The translations under genes were made by a program, and so were the position numbers. A DNA stretch of 64,000 bases from positions 17,670,001 through 17,734,000 of the forward strand of contig OZ024759.1 in NCBI GenBank assembly GCA_964016885.1. Reading direction: 5' to 3'. Of this stretch, positions 54,372-64,000 are shown one piece after another (position 1 is the stretch's first letter; each line of letters starts with the position of its first letter). The stretch comes from Eledone cirrhosa. Its lineage: Eukaryota. The notes below the pieces were generated by a model. That model did not search any database. It had not been told where the DNA came from and worked only from the letters and a program-made list of their open reading frames with translations.

Positions 54372-54830
54372 CTACTGTATTATTGTGTAATGCCAGAGAT
54401 CTTGGTCCTGTGCCATCGCCTTTGAGAGGTGCAATTGGGCAAGGTCAGCTTTTATCCCCTCATTCCAGGTATTCTTGGGTCTGCCCACTGCAAGGCTTCC
54501 TTTGACTTTTAGTGCTCTGCACCTTTTTATGCAGCTGTCATCCTTCATACACAGCACATGTCCATACCAACGTAATCTCCTCTCCTGCACACAGCATTTG
54601 ATTCCTTTTATGCCCAGTCTCTCTCTTAATTTGTTTATGCTTTGCCGTTTGAGTATATTACTATTACACATCCATTGGAGCATGCACCCTTCATTTCTTT
54701 CTAAGCTACACAAGTCTTCTGCACACAACACCTAGGTCTCACTACCATGTAACATTGCTATTCGTATGCATGCATCATACAGTCTGCCTTTCATTTTGAG
54801 GGAAAAGCCTGATGTTGTTGAAAAATGGTA
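54372..54830 (-). mobile_element. RTE LINE 3' fragment from a diverged subfamily
   Basis: LYDACIRIAMLHGSET*...LRERLGIKGIKCCVQERRLRWYGHVLCM...GRPKNTW. Confidence 0.88.
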
Positions 54831-55689
54831 CCAGCACAAACCAAAATCTGTGGTAGAAAACTGGTTTGGTCTGGGTTTGTAACGAAGGTTGATGAAGAAT
54901 TATGATGGATGTGCTATATATATTATTTTGTTACTAAGATAATGATTTAAGATATGGTACTTATATAAAATTATGTTGGAAGATTTTAATATAAAATGAG
55001 AACCTTTCAAAATGGGTAGTGTCATTGATCCAGGACAGCTTTGAATTGGGTTTGTTTCAAAGGTTAATGAAGAATGTTGAGGGCTGTACTACATTTATTA
55101 TTTTGAGTGAATTGGCAGTATCGGTAGAACATCGGCCAATAAGCTATGCAGCATAGAGTTATGGTTCACATCCCGCCAAGGTTAGCTTTGCCTTTCAACC
55201 TTACGGGGTCGATAAAATAAAGTACCAGTAATGCACTGGGGTCGATCTAATCGACTTTTCCTTCCCACCAAATTGTTGGCTTTGTGCCTAAATCAGAAAC
55301 CATTATTTTGTTACTAAGATAGAAATTTAAGATATGGTTCTTATATAAAATTATGTTGATTTTAATATAAATGGGAACCTTTTAAAATGGGTAGATTCGT
55401 AGATCCAAGATGGTTGTGGCTGCATTGGTACAAACAGCGTTTATCATTTTGATAATTGTTTTTATTATACTTAAAGAGTTGATGTCAGGAATGGCATTTA
55501 GTTACAAAACATTACCCCAGAAAGTCATGTTCAACCCATGCCAGCATGGGAAAGTGGACCTAAAAACAATGGTGATAATAGTAATAATAATGATAATGAT
55601 GATGATGATGATGATGATGGTGGTGATGTTGTTGATGATGTTTCTTCTATAAGGACATTTTAAAAAAGTCAATCAAATTTTCTCTTTTG

Positions 55690-56100
55690 TATTTGTCATT
55701 TAACATCATTTGACTGCAGTTGAGTAACTCACAGTTGAACATCTGATGGAAACTTCTATGATAATGCAAGTGAAATGGATATTGAACATTTTTTTAATGT
55801 TCCTGCACTTTGATTGTGATCTGGAAAATGTTATTGGAACTGTAACTTCACACCATTGAGAATTTGAGAATGTTTTCAATGAGTTCTATAGGAAATGGAG
55901 AACTTTAGTTCTTATTTAGAATTTCCATAGTGAGGAAAAGTGGTTGAATTCATTTATTGTTGGCCATGAGTGAAGAAAGATTAATTTTATGTTGAAAAGC
56001 TTTCACTGCAGAGCGTATGTTGCATATAAACTCAGAATTTACTCGTAATCTTAGATTGAAATTGTTAAGATGCCTCATTAAGTCAACCAAGAATTGCTGC
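55690..56100 (-). mobile_element. Decayed hAT transposase fragment (Charlie/SPIN, GTF2IRD2-like)
   Basis: FLVDLMRHLNNFNLRLR...VKAFQHKINL and later PSDVQL*VTQLQSNDVK. Confidence 0.65.
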
Positions 56101-56567
56101 TCTCCAGCAACCATTGACAGTGTGTGAGAACATCTAAGCATGTTATTTTTTCTTCATAAAAAAAGAGGGGAAAACAAGGGGGCGGCGGCGGGAGGGGGGG
56201 GGGGGTGTCAGTCTCTTATCTGATATTCCAAAAGTAGTGAGATGCCATTTGCCAGAAGCATCTTAGAGCAGTTACAGTTGGTGAAGTGCAGGTCTGTCAT
56301 CAAAGAGTGAGTGTGCGTGTAAAGAAGGTGAGAACTAGGTAGATGCCCCCCACCCCCAACACACACTTTCCAATGATGGACCTTCCAATTTAGAAAGTAG
56401 AGTTTATAAATAACATTGCCAAGGATTTTGGATGATTTGAAATTCAAAAACAATGAAATCCAAACACAGAATCTCTGGAATGATAATAGCATTAGAATAT
56501 CAGATAAAATACACTTAGGGATAGAAAACAAGAGGCTAACAGGCTGCTGGTCACTTGTTTTATGCCC

Positions 56568-56993
56568 TTAATCCTTTAGCATTTAAACCGGCCGTATCTG
56601 GCCAGAATTCTCTCACCTCTTTCTGTTCAAACCGGCCATAACGAGTTTCTTATACTAATGTTAAGGTATTGTTCTCAAAATAAATGATATCAAAATCTCA
56701 TAGATTCGATATTATGTGCGATAAAGCCTGTACCGTAAAAATACAATAGTATATAGAGAGTGATATGAATGCTGAAGTGTTAAACCAGCCATATACGGCC
56801 AGAATTCTCTTACCTCTTTCTGTTCAAACCGACCATAACGAGCTTCTCATACTAATGTTAAGGTATTGTTCTCAAAATAAATGATATCAAAATCTCATAG
56901 ATTCGATATTATGTGAGATAATTATGTGAAATAAAGTGTTTACCATGAAAATACAATAGTATATATAGAGTAATGTAAATGTTAAAGGATTAA
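56568..56993. mobile_element. Tandem pair of piggyBac-like MITE family 1
   Basis: Two head-to-tail copies joined at TTAA 56780-56783. Confidence 0.8.
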
Positions 56994-58840
56994 GGTTCTA
57001 AACCTATTTTATGTCTGAGAAATGGACACAAATCCAGACCCCATATATAAACCAAGGCAAGTAATCAACACAACATCTAAATGACACGGTTTTGAAATTC
57101 TCATGAGTGGAGAATATATTTAAGAAATTTCAATATTTTGATATTTGAAATATTTAAAGTGTTATTTAGAGTCTAGTTTTTCTTTCAGAACTCCTTTATA
57201 TAATGCTTTTTTTTACCAATTTCTGATAGATTTGAAAGCCATATTCATTCAAAACATCCCCCCCCCCAAAAAAAATTTAAGAATTTCACGGCAAAAGTGA
57301 AAACTGTAACATTCACCTCCAAAGCGAAAATATTTTAGTACTTCATTTATGTAGAATTTTTCAAGTTGGTGAAAACTCAGCAGAATATAGACCTCAAATA
57401 ATAAGCTGACCCCTATTTTACTATTGATTTAAAAAAAAAAAAAAATTTTTTTCACATATTTCTCAGCGAGCAGGCCACAAAGGAGATTGAACTCAGAATG
57501 CAAACTGCCAGAGGAAAAAATGCATCAGGCATTTGTCTAGCACACTAGCAATTGTACCAACCCACCCTTTACTGTAATAGTACTTTATTTCATTGATCCC
57601 TGAAAGGCAGTGAGTCAGGGATGGTTGAGTATGTAGAGGGAGGACTTTTGAGTGTGTGGAGGTGGAGTGTCACTTGATAATATTTAGGGTGAAGTTTATT
57701 GCACTTGTATTAAGGACTCATACAGGTGAATAGTATAAATCAATGTACACCTGGTGTAGTGGTGTTAGTAGTAATAGGAGTAGTCATATCACTACTTGTA
57801 ATAATGGTAGTAGTAGTGGTGGTGGTGGTGGTGGTGGTAGTGGTGGTGGTGGTAGTAGTAGTGATAGTAGTGGTGGTGGTCGTGGTGGTGGTGGTAGTAA
57901 TAGTAGTAGTGATACCACCACTACTAGTAGTAATGGTAGTAGTATGGTGGTGCTTTTATCATTATTTGTAGTAGTAGTAGTGATAGTATTCTGCATTTTG
58001 AGTTCAAATTCTGCTGAGGTTGACTTTTTCTTGCATCCTTTGCTTTTTGGGGAGGGATCAATAAAAAGTACCAGTAATACACTGGGTTGAATTAATCAAC
58101 TTTTTCCAACTGGGGTAATTGCTGGCCTTGTGCCATAAGTAGAAACAATTATATTATTATTATTAATTCAAATTCCACCAAGGTTAGTGTGGTGGATAAA
58201 ATGAAGTACCAGTAATGCGCTGGGGTCAATATAATCGACTTTCCCCTCCCCTTCATATTACTGGCCTTGTGCCTAAAGTTGGTTGGTGGAATGGCAGCAT
58301 CGGACACCATTCGTCAGACACCATTCTTTGTAGCATAGAGTTATGGCTCTTTACGTTCTGAGTTGAAATAGTGCTGCGGTTAATAATTATTAGTAGTAGG
58401 GTGGTGGATTGGCAATATCAGTAGAACATCAGACACCATTCTTGGTAGCATAGAGTTACGGCCCTTTACATTCTGATTTCAAAAATACACCGTCCCACTA
58501 CCCCCACCCCATCCACACCACCCCTTTTGATGTAAAGTTATGTTGGTCCCACAACATCCAGTCCGAAACAAATGAGGTCGTGTAGGTGTCACGACAAAAA
58601 ACACAGTCCACGCTGTAATGTGGCCGTGTAGGTAACACGGTAAAAACTTCCCAGTCCACACTGTAAACGTGGTTGGTGTTAGGAAGGGCATCCAGCCGTA
58701 GAAAACCCGCCAGGCAGTCCTATACGAGCAAGACAACCACTCTTGCCTCAAGTGGGAAAACTCCCGTCCAAACCCATGCAAGCGTGGAAGATGGACGTTA
58801 AACGATGATGATGATATATATAAATGTTTCTATATGTGCC

Positions 58841-58883
<43 letters not shown>

Positions 58884-58909
58884 ATGTATATATATATATA
58901 TATATATAT

Positions 58910-59251
58910 GGAGGCACATGGCTCTGTGGTTAGAGCATTGGCCTTGCAATCGAAAGGTTGTGAGTTCAATTCCCAGACCGGGTGATGTGTTGTTTCCTTG
59001 AGCAAGACACTTTATTTCACATTGCTCCAGTTTACTCAGCTGTAGAAATGAGATGATAGGGACGCCAGTCCCTATCATTCCACTGTAAAGTGGTCGTGGA
59101 GGTGCCACGGGAAAAAAAGCACCCAGCACTCACTGTAAATGAGGTTGGTGTTAGGAAGGGCATCCAGCTGTAGAAATCGAGCCAGAATCAGTTCCCGTCC
59201 CACCCTTGCAAGCAGGGAAAAGCGGACGTAAAATGATGATGATGATGATGA
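58910..59251 (+). mobile_element. Full-length SINE A
   Basis: GGAGGCACATGGCTCTGTGGTTAGAGC...GAGTTCAATTCC...CCCTTGCAAGCAGGGAAAAGCGGACGTAAAAT plus (GAT)n. Confidence 0.9.
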
Positions 59252-59286
59252 TATGTTTCTGTATGTGTATATATATATATATATAT

Positions 59287-59330
<44 letters not shown>

Positions 59331-59347
59331 GTTTCTGTGTGTGTGTA

Positions 59348-59690
59348 TCATCATCATTTCATCATCATTTCATTTTACGTCCGCTTTTCCCTGCTTGCAA
59401 GGGTGGGACGGGAACTGATTCTGGCTTGATTTCTACAGCTGGATGCCCTTCCTAACACCAACCTCATTTACAGTGAGTGCTGGGTGCTTTTTTGCTGTGG
59501 CACCTCCACGACCACTTTGCAGTGGAATGATATGGACCCCAGTCCCTATCATCTCATTTCTACAGCTGAGTAAACTGGAGCAATGTGAAATAAAGTGTCT
59601 TGCTCAAGGAAACACATCACCCGGTCTGAGAATTGAACTCACAACCTTTCGATTGCAAGCCCAATGCTCTAACCACTAAGCCATGTGCCT
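59348..59690 (-). mobile_element. Full-length SINE A, inverted relative to 58910-59251
   Basis: Reverse complement nearly identical to the neighbouring copy. Confidence 0.9.
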
Positions 59691-60597
59691 ATATATATAT
59701 ATATCATCATCCTCATTTCTTATGCTAGCATGGGTTAGACCATATATATATATATGTGTGTGTGTGTATATATATATATGTTTCTGTGTGTGTGTATATT
59801 TGTGTGAGTGTGTGTGACAATACAAGTCATATGATCTCTACGCAATACATCTCATCTAACTCCAAATGAACTTTTATTCATAAATTAAAGTGTTCTACGA
59901 ATAATTATGAATAATTATAAGATACCTGTGAATATATATGCCTGATTGATTTGGTAGACTCTTAGTGTGTTCAATATTTATTCCAGGTGTCTGTATTTTG
60001 AGTTTAAGCCCAGTGAATTCTACTTTGACTCTCAACCTTTTGGGATCAATAAAGAAACTTCCAGCTCAGTAGTGATGCAGCCCTTTATCCTTCCAGATGT
60101 CCCATCCTGGGATGTTTCCCTGGATCAAGGGCTGGACTCTAGCAGTGGTGCAGCTTTTTTATCCTTCCAGATGTGTCATCTTAGGATCAAGGGTTGGAGT
60201 CTGGCACTGGTGCAGCCCTTTTATCCTGGGATGTTCCTCTAGATCAAAGAGTGGAAGATGAAGACAGTGTCAGGACTGCATGCACACTTGAAACCCTTTC
60301 TGAAAGCATGGTATATGGTAATTTTATATTAGAACCATATGTTAAGTTGCTGTCTCAGTAATAAAATGATTAATACATGTAGTAAATTCAGCAAAATTCT
60401 TTATTAACCCATTGACACTAAACCAGCCAAAACCAGTTCTTGATCTATCAAACGAAATTGTCCATTTTAAATTAAAATCTTCCAACATAATTTTACATAA
60501 GAACTATATCTATATGCTACAAAGTCATTGCAAGTGATGGCTGTAGTTAACATTTAGGTACTGTTATATATAAAGTGTTACTGTTCTGTGTGTAATA

Positions 60598-61266
60598 TAG
60601 TTTCTACTTTTGGCACAAGGCCAACAATTATCCCAGTGCATTCCTGGTGCTTTATTTTATCGACCCCATAAGGATGACAGGCAAAAGTTAATCTCGGTGG
60701 GATTTGAACTCAGAACATAAAGGGCCATAATTCTATGCTGCAAAGCATGGTGTCTGGCACTATGATGATATTGATAACAATGCTTTCTTATATAGGCACA
60801 AGGCCAGCAATTTTGGGGGAGGGGAAAGTCGATTAAATCGACCCCAGTGCATGACTGGTACTTTTTAACGACCCCGTAAGGATGAAAGACAAAGTTAACC
60901 TCGGTGGGATTTGAACTCAGATCATAAGGGGCCGTAACTCTATGCTGCAAAGCATGGCGTCCGACCCTCTACCAATTCTGCCAACCCACCGCCCTCTATG
61001 ATATTGATAATAATAATAATAATTGTTTCTACTTTTGGCACAAGGCCATTCTGAGTTCAAATCCTGTCGAGGTTAAATTCACCTTTCATCCTTCTGGCAC
61101 AAGGCCAGCAATTACCACAGTACATTGCTGGTACTTTATTTTATCGACCCCGTAAGGATGAAAGGCAAAGTTAACCTTGGCAGGATTTGAACTCAGACTG
61201 TAAAGGGCCGTAACTCTATGCTTCAAAGCATGGTGTCCGATCCTCTATCGATACTGCCAATCCATA
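60598..61266 (-). mobile_element. SINE B cluster
   Basis: Same consensus, three main copies plus fragments. Confidence 0.88.
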
Positions 61267-61612
61267 ATGAATATGATGATACAAATACAAAACCAGAAAA
61301 ATATAAATTCCCAACACCACCCAGAATACAACAAACGTGGAATTTTGACAGGATTGAAAGGATATGGAACCTTAACGATAGAGAAACATAACAGCTTGTA
61401 GGGGGTCTGAATATGGGGAGATTCATCAATTTATTTAAATATTTCAATGTCTCCAATAGACAGATACATAAATTTAACATTCTTTGGATGATTTATTACC
61501 ATACCCATGTGCAGAGAATATGCAAGGAAGATACTCAAGTAATAAACGTACAAGGTGTACACAAAGAATTCCTTTATGTAGGTTGTAGAAAGGAGAATTA
61601 TTCAACAGCTGT

Positions 61613-62055
61613 ATAACTCTTTAGCATTTAAACTGGCCATTTTCAGTCAGAATTCTCTCCCCTCTTTCTGTTCAAACCAGCTGTAACTGGCCACTCATAC
61701 TAATGTTAAGGTATTGTTCTCAAAATAAATAATATCAAAATCTCATAGATTCGATATTATGTGAGATAATTATGTAAGGTAAAGCCTATACCATGAAAAT
61801 ATAATAGTAAATATAGAGTAATGTAAATGCTAAAGGGTTAACTCTTTAGCATTTCAAGTGGCCATTTCTGGCCAGAATTCTCTCACCTCTTTCTGTTCAA
61901 ACTGGCAGTAACTGGCCACGCATCCTGATTGTAAGGTATTATCAAAATAAATAATATCAAAGTCTCACAAATTTGATATTATGTGAGGTAAAGCATTCTC
62001 TGTGAAAATACAATAATAAATATAGAGTAGGGTAGTGTAAATGCTAAAGAGTTAA
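61613..62055. mobile_element. Head-to-tail dimer of piggyBac-like MITE family 1 sharing one TTAA
   Basis: Junction AATGCTAAAGGG|TTAA|CTCTTTAGCATTT at 61838-61841. Confidence 0.85.
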
Positions 62056-62094
62056 GAATTGTAATAAAAGAAAGTATCCTAAATAATTTTTATT

Positions 62095-62215
62095 TTTTGT
62101 CTTGAAAATATCTGCAATGATGAATTGCTGGGTAGATCCCGACAGGGGAATACATCAGCAATCCTTCTTAAAAGAAGATTAAAGTGGCTAGGGCATGTTC
62201 TCAGAAGAGAGCAAG
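62095..62215 (+). mobile_element. Short RTE-type LINE fragment
   Basis: ICNDELLGRSRQGNTSAILLKRRLKWLGHVLRR. Confidence 0.65.
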
Positions 62216-62228
62216 ATTATACCAACAC

Positions 62229-62873
62229 CGGTGCTGGACTGGTATTAAGATTTGAACTGAGAATATAAAGAGCTTAGACATCAGGTGAGCAATTTTGAGT
62301 GGGGTAGAAAAGTCAATTATGTTGACCCCAGTGCTGGACTGGTTGTGAGATTTGAACTGAGTATATAAAGAGCTTAAGTACTTGGTGAGTAGTTTTGAGT
62401 GGGGCAGGAAAGCTGATCATATTGACCCTGGTGCTGGACTGGTTGTGAGATTTGAACTGAGTATATAAAGAGCTTAAGTACTTGGTGAGTAGTTTTGAGC
62501 GGGGCAAGAAAGCTGATCATATTAACCCTGGTGCTGGACTGGTTGTGAGATTTGAACTGAGATTGTAAAGAGCTTAAGTACTTGGTGAATAGTTTTGAGC
62601 GGGGCAAGAAAGCTGATCATATTAACCTTGGTGCTGGACTGGTTGTGAGATTTGAACTGAGTATATAAAGAGCTTAAGTACTTGGTGAGTAGTTTTGAGC
62701 GGGGCAAGAAAGCTGATCATATTAACCTTGGTGCTGGACTGGTTGTGAGATTTGAACTGAGTATATAAAGAGCTTAAGTACTTGGTGAGTAGTTTTGAGC
62801 GGGGCAAGAAAGCTGATCATATTAACCTTGGTGCTGGACTGGTTGTGAGATTTGAACTGAGATTGTAAAGAGC
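62229..62873. repeat. 100-bp tandem array (~6.5 units) made of SINE B-like pieces
   Basis: GTGCTGGACTGGTTGTGAGATTTGAACTGAG at 62331, 62431, 62531, 62631, 62731 and 62831. Confidence 0.93.
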
Positions 62874-63274
62874 TGTGACTACTTGCCTCAAAACATTTTC
62901 TCCGTTGTGCTAATAATTTTACCAATCCTCCTTCTCAGCATATGCAATTATAGAATGAGAATTACACAGTTTGTCATCGTGGCATTTGCAGAAATTGCGA
63001 AATGAGCAAATCATGTGAAAAATTAGAAATATATAAATGTATGAATGCCTTAATAATGCTTACTAATATTTGTCCTATGGTGGTCTTCATATGAATGGTG
63101 TTTGATGCATGTAGATTATAATAATGCAGAAACTAGGAATGTATAAATGAATGTACAGGTATGAATAGTGAGGCTGTATGGAGTGAAGAACAGGGCTTGA
63201 AATCTGTGACGGGTGATGTGGCATGCTGGCTATCGATGGTATCATAATTCATGTGGAATACAAGGTCCATGCTG

Positions 63275-63341
63275 TATATACATATATATATATATATATA
63301 TATGCATGTGTGTGTATATGTATATAAGTATGCATACACAA

Positions 63342-63382
<41 letters not shown>

Positions 63383-63386
63383 TAAA

Positions 63387-63431
<45 letters not shown>

Positions 63432-63512
63432 ATATATATGTGTATATATATGTGTGTGTGTATATATATGTGTATATATATATATATGTGTGTGTGTATA
63501 TATATGTGTATA

Positions 63513-63553
<41 letters not shown>

Positions 63554-63666
63554 GCGTTATACACATGTATGTATTGTATATCGAATAATAGATGTTTCTG
63601 TAAAACATTTGAAAGCCTTTCACTATGGATTTTTAAGATTGTGACCGTCGTCACACATTCTACTAT

Positions 63667-63716
<50 letters not shown>

Positions 63717-63738
63717 TCTCTATCTCTCTCTATCTCTA

Positions 63739-63809
<71 letters not shown>

Positions 63810-63928
63810 ATCTTTCTCTCTCTCTCTCTCTCTCTCTCCCTATCTTTCTCTCTCTCTCTATATATATATCTCTATATATATATATCTCTATATATATATC
63901 TCTATATATATATATCTCTATATATATG

Positions 63929-63989
<61 letters not shown>

Positions 63990-64000
63990 GTATATATATA
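63275..64000. repeat. (TA)n, (CA)n and (CT)n mosaic
   Basis: Directly visible. Confidence 0.95.

Noticed and set aside
58910-58985. Functional tRNA gene
   Set aside because: A and B boxes are present but there is no paired acceptor stem and it continues into the SINE body

Overview
Eukaryotic, AT-rich, very microsatellite-dense non-genic or intronic DNA. The repeat landscape resembles a cephalopod (octopus-like) genome; this is an inference from pattern, not a search result. No intact host gene is recognisable, and nearly all ORFs in the track are translations of simple repeats. What can be supported: (i) two abundant tRNA-derived SINE families, here A (RTE-derived 3' tail) and B ((ATT)n tail); (ii) several RTE LINE 3' fragments; (iii) five relics of restriction-like-endonuclease (RLE) non-LTR retrotransposons, namely an uninterrupted 380-aa R4/Dong-like 3' half inside a (CATA)n tract, a Dong-like 3' end with a ~19-bp TSD in a SINE's (TAA)n tail, two more decayed Dong-like pieces and an internally deleted CRE-like element; (iv) piggyBac-like and mariner-like MITEs and a hAT relic; (v) a decayed hammerhead-like pair; (vi) a long hairpin element in (TA)n; and (vii) tandem arrays, several traceable to TE segments (48, 100, 125 and 179 bp units), plus a ~6-kb array of a constant 49-bp core with variable (GTA)n tracts. 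The most coherent candidate system is a repeat cycle in which TEs seed micro/minisatellites and RLE retroelements insert into them.
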